Source of the DNA: Acidobacteriota bacterium
GTDB taxonomy: Bacteria > Acidobacteriota > UBA890 > WLXD01
Reading direction: 5' to 3'
NCBI GenBank assembly: GCA_963666055.2
Contig: CAXWPH010000006.1
Coordinates: 320,001 to 384,000 of the forward strand
DNA length: 64,000 nucleotides
Shown here: one piece after another, positions 1-9,302 of the stretch
Numbering within the stretch: the first letter of the stretch is position 1
Layout: each line of letters begins with the position of its first letter
The notes under the pieces: model-generated
Databases searched by the model: none
What the model saw: the letters and a program-made list of their open reading frames with translations, nothing else
What the model was told of the DNA's origin: nothing
Position numbers and translations under genes: made by a program

Positions 1-1156
1 CAACGCTGCGCGCGTGCTCGCCAAGAGTGGGGCCACCGTCTCCGTCCTCGAGCGGGAGACCATAGGGTGGGGAGCGAGCTCTCGTAACGGCGGCCTGGCG
101 ACTCCTGGCATCAAGCGCCCGATCAAATCCATCCTCACTAGGTACGGCGAGGCTCTAGGCCGGACGTTTTGGCAGGCATCGCTGGATGCCATCGACCTCG
201 TGGAAGAAATTGTCACGACTGAAGGCATCGACTGCGGTTGGCAGCGTCACGGCCATGTTTACCTCGCCTGCAAACGAGCGCACTTTGCCGCCATGCAGAA
301 AAGCGTTGCGTGGTACCGGAACACGCTCGGACACGAGGTCACGGTGGTTTCTCCCTCCGACCTCTACACCGAGATCGGAAGCCGCGTCTTCCACGGCGGT
401 TTGACCGATGCTTTCAGTGGAGGGCTCCAGCCCGCGAAATACGTCTACGGCCTGGCGAAGGCGGCCGCACATCATGGCGCCCATCTTCATGAAAAGGCGG
501 ACGTGCAGCGCATTACACGTCGAGGCAAAGGCTTCGAGCTCCAAACGCGCCTCGGTGTGCTCGAAGCGCAGGACGTGCTCATCGCCACCAACGGCTACAC
601 GGATCGGCTCGTGCCGGCTCTCAAGCCGAGAGTCTTTCCAGTCGGGAGCTACATCATCGTCACCGAGCCTTTGCCACGGGAACTGCAAGAGGAGCTGAGC
701 CCCAAGGGCCGCATGTTCTACGACTCCAAGAACTTCCTCAACTACTTCCGCCTGACACCGGACGGGCGCATGCTTTGGGGTGGCCGTAACGACCTCAGCA
801 CGGATCTCGACTTGCAGCGAAGTGCGGACGCTCTGAAGGCGCAATTGCTTTACACGTTCCCGCAGCTCGAGGGCGTTGCTTTGACCCACAGCTGGACGGG
901 TAGGCTCGGCATCACCTTCGATCTCATGCCGCATATCGGCCGCGTCAATGGTGTGCACTATGCCTTCGGCTACAGCGGACACGGCCTAACGATCGCGACC
1001 TATCTCGGTACGGAAGTGGGCAAGTTGCTCACGGCAGAAATATCGACGAGTCCTTTCGCGGAAATTCCCCACGAGACGAAGTTCTTCTATCGTGACGAGC
1101 CCTGGTTCATCCCGCTCGCGGCGCGCTACTACCGTCTGCTCGACTGGGTCAGCTAG
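1..1156 (+). CDS. FAD-dependent oxidoreductase, DAO/PuuB (gamma-glutamylputrescine oxidase)-like; 5' end outside window
   Basis: VLERETIGWGASSRNGG FAD motif, ATNGYT, GYSGHG C-terminal motif; the GxGxxG start lies before base 1. Confidence 0.85.
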   Translation, partial: NAARVLAKSGATVSVLERETIGWGASSRNGGLATPGIKRPIKSILTRYGEALGRTFWQASLDAIDLVEEIVTTEGIDCGWQRHGHVYLACKRAHFAAMQKSVAWYRNTLGHEVTVVSPSDLYTEIGSRVFHGGLTDAFSGGLQPAKYVYGLAKAAAHHGAHLHEKADVQRITRRGKGFELQTRLGVLEAQDVLIATNGYTDRLVPALKPRVFPVGSYIIVTEPLPRELQEELSPKGRMFYDSKNFLNYFRLTPDGRMLWGGRNDLSTDLDLQRSADALKAQLLYTFPQLEGVALTHSWTGRLGITFDLMPHIGRVNGVHYAFGYSGHGLTIATYLGTEVGKLLTAEISTSPFAEIPHETKFFYRDEPWFIPLAARYYRLLDWVS

Positions 1157-1190
1157 ATTCTCGAAACATGCTCCTCGTCTGTATGGGGAC

Positions 1191-1276
1191 CTAGCAGGCC
1201 GTGGTGAAAGTGTGGTGGGTCTGGCGACAAGGTCTTGCGAAGTGGAGGCAAGGAGAGAGGAGGAGGCGATGGTTAC
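1191..1276. mobile_element. Truncated MITE end (CTAG + 30-bp TIR CAGGCCGTGGTGAAAGTGTGGTGGGTCTGG)
   Basis: TIR identical to 37312-37341; the following sequence matches the reverse complement of about 47590-47668. Confidence 0.8.
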
Positions 1277-1306
1277 CGACGGGCAGCTGCCGCCCCTCCG
1301 TAACCG

Positions 1307-1636
1307 TTAGAGATCTTCCCAACAGACGAAGATCTCGTCTTTGACCTTTGAATAGACTGCCTTGTGAACCGATTCGCCCGGCTCCCTGCGGGGAAGAATG
1401 TGCTCTACAGCCCGGTCACACTGGGCGCGGTCTCGAAACGACATGATGAAAAAGTACTCGTGATCGCGTTCCCGATCAGTGTCCATGATCGGGTGTCTCT
1501 GCCGACGCCCGATAGGACCAGTGCGGTACACAAGTTCGAGCTCCTCGAGATAAGTCGTAAGGTCGGCAAGTGACTGGCGAAACTCGTCGATAGAAACCGC
1601 TGGCTTGAGATTGAAGCAGGTCAGCATATGAAACAT
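1307..1636 (-). CDS. Small hypothetical protein, Dabb/ferredoxin-like (DUF6614-like)
   Basis: 109-aa ORF with GAGGAGG RBS; FNLKP...EYFFIMSFRDRAQCDRA pattern. Confidence 0.6.
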   Translation of the reverse strand: MFHMLTCFNLKPAVSIDEFRQSLADLTTYLEELELVYRTGPIGRRQRHPIMDTDRERDHEYFFIMSFRDRAQCDRAVEHILPRREPGESVHKAVYSKVKDEIFVCWEDL

Positions 1637-1679
1637 CTGGCGCCCCCACCCTCCTCAGCTCTATGCGGCATGGGCTGCG

Positions 1680-1779
1680 AACCGTCGAGGGTCGTAGCGG
1701 CCTCGGTACACCTGACCCATCCCCCCACACCGAGGCGGTCGAGGATCTCGTAGTGGCCAAGCCGTGTGCCGGGTTCCAT
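1680..1779 (-). pseudogene. Ser/Thr protein kinase N-terminal fragment
   Basis: MEPGTRLGHYEILDRLGVGG / MGQVYR (frameshifted Gly-rich loop), then homology is lost. Confidence 0.75.
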
Positions 1780-1874
1780 GGCGCTCCCGAGGCAGGGTGG
1801 GTGAGCGCCTGAAGCGTACCGCCAGAGCGTGCGGAATCCAACGGGTGGGGCCATCGTGCTGCCGTCGAGGACCT

Positions 1875-2064
1875 TTCTACGACCGGCGCCGGCCCCACTC
1901 ATCGCTCAACGACCGGACGCCCGCAGAGGCGTACACTGAGGACGGAGCTGACAGGAGCCCGGGGCTACGCCCCGTCTGCTGTCAGCCCCAGGCAGCTTGA
2001 ATCGTGAACCCGGATTCCACCTTAGCTGTGACCAAAACCTGTCCGAAGGATGGGGTCCACCTCT
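1875..2064 (+). mobile_element. IS3-family right-end fragment, related to IS at 31257-32442
   Basis: FYDRRRPHSSLNDRTPAEAY...QPQAA and terminal GGGGTCCACCTCT closely match the reverse complement of 31257-31447. Confidence 0.85.
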
Positions 2065-2123
2065 AGCAGGCCGTGGTGGAAGTGTGGCGGGCCTGGTGGA
2101 GTTACCTCACTTCGGTGGACACC
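2063..2123. mobile_element. Isolated MITE TIR (2067-2096) directly abutting a probable IS3-type end (TGGAGTTACCTCACTTCGGTGGACACC)
   Basis: TIR identical to 47122-47151; TG...GGACAC pattern is typical of IS3 inverted repeats. Confidence 0.6.
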
Positions 2124-2432
2124 TAAGCGCTTGGAGTTTGGTTGCTCGTAGTAGTAGAGAGGTGGGAACTTGTGGGAGCCGCGCAGCGGCTTCCAAGCGG
2201 CGGTGTGGATCGCGAAGCGATGTGCACGGACGCGGGCCAGATCTTGCTAAAGGTCAGCCTGGCCGACGGCTACGAAGCGCTCTGTAGGACGGACCCGCGC
2301 GGCTAGGCGAGCGGGCGCTCAAACCACCGGCGAAACCTCTCCGCGTGGTCACTCTGCGTCTCTCGCAAGACAGCACGAGGGACGGCTACAACCGAGAAGT
2401 CTCATAACATATTGATGTTACGAGGTTTACAA

Positions 2433-2481
2433 AGAGCCGGCGCGCGGATTCGAACCGCGAACCTGCTGATTACGAATCAGT
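2433..2481 (-). tRNA. 3' half of tRNA-Thr(CGT), an att-site duplication rather than a functional tRNA
   Basis: Reverse complement ACTGA-TTCGTAA-TCAGC-AGGTT-CGCGG-TTCGAAT-CCGCG-CGCCGGCT; no D-arm or 5' acceptor strand upstream; adjacent to integrase. Confidence 0.85.
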
Positions 2482-2486
2482 AAACG

Positions 2487-2628
2487 CTGCCACTTCCTGA
2501 CTCAACGCGCCCCTGCATTACCCGCATAACGTCCTACTATGATTGGGATTTATGGGGTATACTTGCGTCATAGGGAGTCAGGCAGTGGCAAGCAGGTTGG
2601 AGCCCTATACGGAGCCCGACTGGAGCTG
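2487..2628. repeat. att-arm region: 16-bp inverted repeat and three GGAGC(CC) direct repeats
   Basis: TGCCACTTCCTGACTC vs GAGTCAGGCAGTGGCA (1 mismatch); GGAGCCC at 2599 and 2611, GGAGCT at 2622. Confidence 0.6.
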
Positions 2629-2648
2629 CTGACAGGGAGGGGTGACCG

Positions 2649-3896
2649 GTGCCGAAGGTGAAACTCACCGTTCAGGGAGTCAAGGCCCTGCCGATCCCAG
2701 ACGAGGGCCGCGTGAACTACTTCGACGAGGTGGAGCCGGGCCTAGTTCTGCGCGTCGCGTCGTCGGGGACCAAAAGCTACTCCGTTATGTGGCGAAAGGG
2801 CGGCAAGCGGCCGCGCGTGACGCTGGGCATTACGGACGACTCCCCGAAGCGAGGACCGAATGCCAATACCCCTCGGCTCAGCCTCGCAGAGGCGCGGGAA
2901 GAAGCGAAGCGCCTTCTCGGAAACGTCCGACTCGGGAAGGACCCGGCGGAGGCAAAGCGAGAGCGCGCAGAGGCAATCACCTTCGCCAAGCTGGCGCGCG
3001 AGTACGTGGCGCGCTGGGCCTACCGCCGCAAGTCTCCCAAGGGTGCACGCGAAGACGAGCTGCGCATCGACCGAGTACTCATTCCGCGCTGGGGTCATTT
3101 CAAGGCGGCCGACATCCGCAAGCGCGACGTGGTGGAGCTGCTCGATGAGTACGCAGACGCCGGAAAAGTGTACGCCCGCAATCGCATGCAGTCGCTCGTC
3201 TCGAAGGTCTACAACTTCGGCATCAGGCGCGATGCCGTCCAAACCAATCCGGCTCAGGGCATCGACCGCGAGCCCGAGGAACCGCGGAAGCGCGTGCTCA
3301 CCGACTACGAGCTCAAAGTGCTATTGCCGCTATTCGAGGAGGAAGGCCTCGCCGGTCTTGGGTTCCGTTTCCTGCTGCTGACCGGCCAACGGCCGTCCGA
3401 GGTGTTCGGTATGCGGTGGTCCGAGGTGGACCGCGACACGTGGCTACTGCCGAAGGCGAGGACGAAGAACAAGCGCAGCAAGTATGCGCCCGACTTCCAC
3501 ACGGTCCCGCTGTCTCAACAGGCGTTCGAGGTGCTGCGCGAGCTGAAGGCACACCGAGACGATTCCGGCTTTGTCTTCCCCTCGGCGACCCGCAAGGACA
3601 TGCCCTTTACGAATTACTCGAAGGCGTATCGGCGCGTGAAGAAAGAAGCAAAGCTGGGGGAGAATTGGCGAGTGTACGACTTCAAGAGCACGATGCTCAC
3701 CGGCCTCGAGCGGCTCGGTGCGCCGGGGCCTGTTGTCTCGGCAGTGGCGGGGCACCTTCCGACGAACGTGACGCGGCAACACTACGCCTTTCACGACTTC
3801 GCCAACGAGAAGCGCGATGCGCTTAGCCGCTGGGGCGCGCACGTCGAGAAGCTCGACCCGGCGACGGTTGGCGAAGTCGTTGAGCTGCGACGGTAA
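2649..3896 (+). CDS. int: Tyrosine integrase with N-terminal arm-binding domain (P4/IntA-like)
   Basis: PGLVLRVASSGTKSY arm domain; LLTGQRPSEV, RTKNK, YDFKST (atypical HxxR), AGH, RQHY; GGAGG RBS. Confidence 0.93.
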   Translation: MPKVKLTVQGVKALPIPDEGRVNYFDEVEPGLVLRVASSGTKSYSVMWRKGGKRPRVTLGITDDSPKRGPNANTPRLSLAEAREEAKRLLGNVRLGKDPAEAKRERAEAITFAKLAREYVARWAYRRKSPKGAREDELRIDRVLIPRWGHFKAADIRKRDVVELLDEYADAGKVYARNRMQSLVSKVYNFGIRRDAVQTNPAQGIDREPEEPRKRVLTDYELKVLLPLFEEEGLAGLGFRFLLLTGQRPSEVFGMRWSEVDRDTWLLPKARTKNKRSKYAPDFHTVPLSQQAFEVLRELKAHRDDSGFVFPSATRKDMPFTNYSKAYRRVKKEAKLGENWRVYDFKSTMLTGLERLGAPGPVVSAVAGHLPTNVTRQHYAFHDFANEKRDALSRWGAHVEKLDPATVGEVVELRR

Positions 3897-3905
3897 GCGG
3901 CGACC

Positions 3906-4538
3906 ATGCGCCGCTGCGACGTCGCCAAAGTGGGGCGCTTGCGCGCGCAGGATATAGACGCAAACGAGGCGCCGCCTCCCGATGCGGAAGAAAAGCTGGA
4001 CACCTTGCGCTACCTCCGTGAATTGGACGAACGAGTACGCAGGACCGGCCTCGCCGACGACGTTGCGCTAGCTCCGAGAGATGCCGCAATCATCGATGAG
4101 GCTCTGAGTCGCGGCACCGCCAACAACTACGCTCGAATAGCACGCGGTGTCGGCGTGCATCGCTCCACGGTGATGCGGCGCGTTGAGAAGATGCTCGAAG
4201 CGGCGCCCTACCTCCAGCGCTTCTGGAAGGTGCTGCTCGGAGAAGCACCGCCGCTCAACCGCTCCTTCGATACGAGCAAGGACCCACGGTTGAGGCAATT
4301 GGCGAAGGCTCGCAACGCCGCCATGAACATCCTTCACCCGCGGCCGGTCGTCGAGCGCGGCAATGGGCAGATGAGCATCAGTTTCCCGTCATTTGCGGCG
4401 CTTTGGTCGTACGCCGAGTCCGGCCTTCCAGGGCCGAAACGGTGCCCTGTGTGCGGGCGTTTCGTCCGGGCGCGCGCGACCTACTGCGACCCGACTTGCC
4501 GCAAACGCGCCGAGCGGATCAGGAAGCGGCCGAAGTAG
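3906..4538 (+). CDS. HTH protein with C-terminal Cys4 zinc finger (CGNR-like)
   Basis: YARIARGVGVHRSTVMRRV helix-turn-helix; CPVC...YCDPTCRKR. Confidence 0.6.
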   Translation: MRRCDVAKVGRLRAQDIDANEAPPPDAEEKLDTLRYLRELDERVRRTGLADDVALAPRDAAIIDEALSRGTANNYARIARGVGVHRSTVMRRVEKMLEAAPYLQRFWKVLLGEAPPLNRSFDTSKDPRLRQLAKARNAAMNILHPRPVVERGNGQMSISFPSFAALWSYAESGLPGPKRCPVCGRFVRARATYCDPTCRKRAERIRKRPK

Positions 4539-4698
4539 TACGGGCCTGCTCACAACTTCCCGCTGAATCCCGCATTGAGTGGGGATCTCGCCGCGTCCGT
4601 CGGGGCGCCCATGTCACGGTTTCGTCGTTGGCGTGCAACGCCTCCGCATACGTGAGGACCACGGACGGCCCACGGTGCCCCACGACAGGAGGACGAAC

Positions 4699-4935
4699 AT
4701 GCCGGAGCAAGAGGTGCACCCGCTGCGACTCGCATTCACCGAGAGGGACTTGGATGCAGCGGGCATCCTGAGTCGGAAGACGCGCTATCGCATGCGCCGC
4801 CAGCGGACCTTTCCTGAGCCGGTGGTCGCTGGCGGGCGCCGGTTGTATAGGGCCTCAGATATCCATGCGTGGCTGCAAGATCCCGAACGGTGGGTGCGAG
4901 AGCACAGTAGTGGCGATGGCTGCGATGGAAGCTGA
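4699..4935 (+). CDS. AlpA-family / excisionase-like DNA-binding protein
   Basis: AGGAGG RBS then ATG 4699; LSRKTRYRMRRQRTFPEPVVAGGRRLYRASDIHAWL. Confidence 0.8.
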   Translation: MPEQEVHPLRLAFTERDLDAAGILSRKTRYRMRRQRTFPEPVVAGGRRLYRASDIHAWLQDPERWVREHSSGDGCDGS

Positions 4936-6593
4936 CGCAGCCGTGGCGGAGCGTTCTGCGCCCCATGATCTCCAAGCCGAACGAGCGATTCTCGGCGCGG
5001 TGATGTTGGAGCCGAACTCGATCGCCGCGGTCGCGCGTGCGGTCACCACCGACCACTTCTTCTCCGATCCTCCATCGGCACATCTACGAAGCGATGATTG
5101 GCCTTTATCGTCGCGGCAGTGCAATCGATCCGTCGACCCTACGCAGCGAACTCGCCGACCGAGACGCTCTTGGGCTCGCTGGCGGCGCCGCGTATATCTC
5201 GAGCTTGATCGACGGCTTGCCGTCGGTGGTGAACGTCCAGCACTACGCAGACATCATCAAGGGCAAGGCACGTCTTCGAGCCATTGCCGAGAGCGCCAAC
5301 GCGATCGTCACCTCCACGATGAACGGCGCCAAGGACCTCGACGAGCGTCTGGTTCATCTAGCCGTCAGCGCCAAGGCCAAGACGGAACGCCCCGCCGACT
5401 TCGAGCGTCTCGAGGAGGGCCGCTACCGGTTGACCGAGCCATGCTTCGGCATCGAACTCGAGGTCGACCACCTCAGACGAGAGCGCGGGCAGCTGCATGG
5501 GGAGTTAACCGTCTGGTGCTCGCTACCGGGCGCGAGGACGACTGACGGACTCCTCTCGAGCGGCTCGTTCAATCTGAGCAGCCAGCAGGTCCGCGGCTCT
5601 CAAGGCAAGTACCTCGCGTCTCGGGCCCGGACGGGGAACGAACTCGACTGGACCGGGCTGCTCGAGGAGTTTTGTCATCAGGTCCTGACGAGCGAGCGTG
5701 TTGGCGAACCAGCGGTGTTGCTACGCGATCTGCCGAGGCCGTTACCCGAAGAGGACTTCGAGGTCGGCGGGTTGCGGCTCCTGGCCCATCACCCTGTCGT
5801 CCTCTTCGGGGACGGCGGCTCGGCAAAGTCGTACATTGCTCTGCACGTCGCCGGTGTTCTGGCGCAGCGTGGGCTCCGAGTAGGGCTGTTCGATTGGGAG
5901 TTGTGCGGAGAGGATCACCGCGACCGGCTAGAACGCCTCTTCGGCGCCGACATGCCGGACGTTCGCTATCTCCGCTGCTCCCAGCCCTTGTGCCATATGG
6001 TGGACGCGGTTCGCCGGATGGTCGTCGATCACGAACTCGACTACATCATCCTCGATAGCTTGGCTTTCGCTTGTGACGGCCCGCCGGAGGCCGCGGAGGT
6101 CGCCGGCCGGTACTTCCAGGCGCTACGCAAGCTCGCGTCCATCGGGTCGCTGCACATCGCCCACATCTCGAAGGCAGAAGGTGCCGATCGGAAGCCGTTC
6201 GGTTCGGCCTTCTGGCACAACGGCGCCCGGTCGACTTGGTTCGCGAAGCGGGCCGATAGCGGCCCCGACGCGAGTCGCATCATGGTGTGGCTCTACAACC
6301 GCAAGGCCAACCTCGGGGCTCTACGCCCGCCTGTGGGCTTCGAGATCGCCTTCGGGCAGGAGCGCACGACGGTCCGCCCGGTCGACGTCGCAACCGTGCC
6401 AGACCTGTCCGGACAACTGTCCGTCCGCCAACGCATGGCGCACCTGTTACGGAGCGGCGGAATGAACGCGGATGAGCTCGCGACAGAACTCGACGCCAAG
6501 CTCGAGACGGTGAAGCGGACGGCCCGTAGATACCCGCGGCAGTTCACGATTCTGGATGGCGGTCGCCTTGGCCTTCTGGAGAAAACAGCATGA
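4925..6593 (+). CDS. Replication protein: DnaB N-terminal domain + AAA_25/RepA-like ATPase + C-terminal HTH; frameshift at about 5068
   Basis: PHDLQAERAILGAVML and HRHIYEAM...AGGAAYISSL (DnaB-N, split across two frames); GDGGSAKS Walker A, IILDS Walker B, HIAHISK. Confidence 0.8.
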
Positions 6594-6594
6594 G

Positions 6595-6692
6595 CGGACA
6601 AAGTGTCCGGACACTCCGGACAGACTGTCCTCGGGGAAGCGGACGGACACTCCCTCCCTTTAGGGAGGATGTCCTGTCCGGTCCTTGTCCGC
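6595..6692. repeat. Putative replication origin: clustered GGACA/TGTCC repeats around a palindrome
   Basis: Multiple (C)GGACA and TGTCC(G) copies; CCTCCC-TTTA-GGGAGG at 6653-6668; immediately after rep stop. Confidence 0.6.
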
Positions 6693-6957
6693 CGGGGAAT
6701 CAGAAAAGAAGAAAAAAGGCCGGAGGGGGGACGCCGGCAGCGAGACATCGCTCGAGATCACAGCTGGTGAAGGGCTCGACTACGCCGTTCCAGTCCATGA
6801 AAGGAGGCGCCCGGCTCTGCTCACTGGCGAGTTCTCTCGAACGGGGTTCGGGTGGGGCAGAGGGCAGACTTGCTGATCATGTATCAGTATGGCGAGGATA
6901 AACTCATGTATTTAAAGAGGTTAGAAGGGGTGGGCTCCATGCGGGCTCCGCAATGAG

Positions 6958-7458
6958 ATGGTGCTAGAAACCACACCCAAGCCGTCTCGAGAACAACACG
7001 AGAATGGCCCCGAAGACGGGGCCCGCGAAGCGCTCGACAGCCTTGCTGCCCGGCCGGATCGGGACCCGGCAACGGGGTGCTTCGTCAAGGGCAACACTGC
7101 GGCCGGCCGGACGCTGGCGCGCTCGGATGCGTTCTGGCAGGCGGTGGGCGCCGCGAAGCGCGAGCTGGCAGAGCGCGTGTGCTCTGACCTCGCCGTTAAT
7201 GGGGACGGCGCCGTGACGCTTGAAGGCCTCATTGACGGCTACGCAGAGACGCGCCTCCTTCGACACGCAATGTTCGTCCGGCTGGCGGAGCAGGGCGGAC
7301 CCGTTACAGGCAAGGGCAAGGCGCGAGCTCTGTTCTCGTCGTATCTGCAAGCACTCGACCGAGAGACGCGGCTGGCGCAGACGCTCGGCCTCGAGCGCAA
7401 AGCGAAGGCGGTCTCGCTGGCCGATGCGATCATTGATCGCCAAAAGGCGGGAGCGTAG
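6958..7458 (+). CDS. Putative terminase small subunit
   Basis: RDPATGCFVKGNTAA (G-x-F-x-K-G-N motif seen in TerS/DUF5681-like proteins); helical C-terminus LAQTLGLERKAK; overlaps terL. Confidence 0.55.
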   Translation: MVLETTPKPSREQHENGPEDGAREALDSLAARPDRDPATGCFVKGNTAAGRTLARSDAFWQAVGAAKRELAERVCSDLAVNGDGAVTLEGLIDGYAETRLLRHAMFVRLAEQGGPVTGKGKARALFSSYLQALDRETRLAQTLGLERKAKAVSLADAIIDRQKAGA

Positions 7459-8863
7459 GCGGACGAGCGGAGCACGAAAGTACACGCCGCGTGAGTTCCG
7501 ATGTTTGTGGCCCGAGTTCGAGGCTGACTCATGGAGGCCGTGGGGCTCGGTGGAAGACGCCATGTTCGGCGTCGAACCAGAGGACGCCGAACTCGTGCGG
7601 CGCATCACGGGCCGCGTGCGGGTGCCGTCCGACCCCGTCAAGGAGTTCTGGGCAATCGTCGGCCGCGGTGGGGGCAAGTCACGCTTCTGCGGTCGGCTTG
7701 CTGTCTACTTCGCCTGCGGACGCGCTTACAGGCGTGTTCCTGGCGAGCGAATCTTCGTCGCCATCTTCGCGCCCGATAGAAAGCAGGCCGCCGTCACGTT
7801 CCGGTACGTGCTCGGGCTGCTGAGGGCGGTGCCGGCGATCGAGCGGATGATCGTCCGTGCCCTGCGGGAGAGTATCGAACTCGACAACGGCGTCACGATC
7901 GAAGTCATTACCGCCAGCAAGGCGGCGCCGCGCGGCCGCTCCTATGCATTGGCAATCGTCGAAGAGGCAGCGTTCTTGCCCGCTGACGACGCTACCGACC
8001 CAGACAAGGAGCTGCTGCGTGCGCTGCGGCCGGCTCTCGCTCGCGTGCCGGGGTCGATGCTTGCGGTTGTATCGAGCCCCTACGCGCGCCGGGGCGAGCT
8101 GTGGCGAACCTGGATGGAGCACTTCGGCAAGGACGACTCCGATTCCGTGCTCGTTGTGCAGGCCGACACGTTGACGCTGAATCCGGCTTTTGACGAGCGG
8201 GAGATCGAGCGCGCATACACCGAAGACCCCGTTGCCGCTTCTGCGGAGTACGGTGCCCAGTTTCGAACGAACGTCTCAGGCTTCATCTCGCGTGAGGCTA
8301 TCGAGGGCTGCACGGTGCTCGATCGTCACGAGTTGCCGCCCGTGCCCGGCGTGTCATACAGCGGCTTCGTCGACTTCGCCGGTGGCTCTGGGCAGGATTC
8401 GGCGACGCTGGCCATTGCGCACCGGGAGACACGAGACGGGCAAAGCGTTGTGGTGCTGGACCTGGTGCGGGAAGTCCGGCCGCCGTTTTCGCCAGAGCAA
8501 GTCTGCCGCGACTTCGCCGACGATCTAAAGCGCTACCGGCTCAGCCGTGCGACGGCGGATCGCTACGCCGCGGACTTCGCCACCGAGGCCATGCGACGAC
8601 AGGAGGTCGACCTCAGGCCGGCGGGCAAGCCAAAATCGGACCTGTACAGGGAGCTCTTGCCTGCGCTCAACAGCGGCAGCATCGAGCTGTTAGATCTACC
8701 GCGCCTGGCAGCCCAGCTCGGCGGCTTGGAGCGCCGTGTGGCCCGTGGTGGCCGCGACAGCATTGACCATGCACCGGGTGGCCATGACGACGTCGCCAAT
8801 GCCGTGGCCGGGGCGCTGGTAGCGGTGGCGAGGGAACGTCGACCACGCTGGGGCTTTGCCTGA
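7424..8863 (+). CDS. Terminase large subunit
   Basis: GRGGGKS Walker A, IVEEAAF Walker B, VSSP coupling motif, FVDFAGG and HDDVANA RNase H-like nuclease acids; start uncertain. Confidence 0.85.
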   Translation: MRSLIAKRRERRRTSGARKYTPREFRCLWPEFEADSWRPWGSVEDAMFGVEPEDAELVRRITGRVRVPSDPVKEFWAIVGRGGGKSRFCGRLAVYFACGRAYRRVPGERIFVAIFAPDRKQAAVTFRYVLGLLRAVPAIERMIVRALRESIELDNGVTIEVITASKAAPRGRSYALAIVEEAAFLPADDATDPDKELLRALRPALARVPGSMLAVVSSPYARRGELWRTWMEHFGKDDSDSVLVVQADTLTLNPAFDEREIERAYTEDPVAASAEYGAQFRTNVSGFISREAIEGCTVLDRHELPPVPGVSYSGFVDFAGGSGQDSATLAIAHRETRDGQSVVVLDLVREVRPPFSPEQVCRDFADDLKRYRLSRATADRYAADFATEAMRRQEVDLRPAGKPKSDLYRELLPALNSGSIELLDLPRLAAQLGGLERRVARGGRDSIDHAPGGHDDVANAVAGALVAVARERRPRWGFA

Positions 8864-8990
8864 GCGCAGAGGAGGAAGAAAGTCGTTCACGTCGCCAGCT
8901 GCGCTCGTCTTGTTGACATTGCCGGCTTGGAACCGGACACGGAGGTCCAGCCCCCTCCGGGGCCGCCGGGTTGGCGTGAACAGGTTCAAT

Positions 8991-9046
8991 TAGGTTCAGG
9001 ACCTAGTGGGTGCAAGCCCGTGGGGGTTCAAGTCCCTCCTTGGGCA
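8991..9046 (+). tRNA. 3' half of tRNA-Leu(CAG), att-site copy 1
   Basis: TAGG-TTCAGGA-CCTAG anticodon arm, long variable arm GGGTGCAAGCCC, GGGGG-TTCAAGT-CCCTC T-arm; 5' half absent. Confidence 0.85.
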
Positions 9047-9302
9047 CTACCCTTAAGCTACTCTGTACAAAGGAGATCCGTCCTACAAAAGGCCGGATCT
9101 CGACACTCACGTTCCAAGCTGAACGTTCAGCGATCTAACATCCATCTAACATTTCGTCGCTGGTCCGGTGTCAACAGGGCTGAGCCTGGTGCGATTCTCC
9201 GAGGTAATCCTCTTTCGTCGACGGTTCCTCCCGCCTTCTTTCTGGCCGCGGGTTGCTCCCAGAGGATTTCGCTTCAGGACGCGTTACCCTTCGCGCATTC
9301 GC

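Larger units (their letters stand above)
2482..8990 (+). mobile_element. Phage-satellite-like integrated element (about 6.5 kb)
   Basis: int - HTH/ZnF - alpA - rep - terS - terL on one strand between two tRNA 3' halves. Confidence 0.75.

Noticed and set aside
1790-1860. REP-like sequence (GCAGGGTGGGTGAGCG...)
   Set aside because: Single copy, imperfect palindrome, and no RAYT gene seen
8991-9046. Functional or split tRNA genes (also 2433-2481 and 34018-34072)
   Set aside because: No 5' halves found in the window; fragments start at the anticodon stem as expected for integrase att duplications
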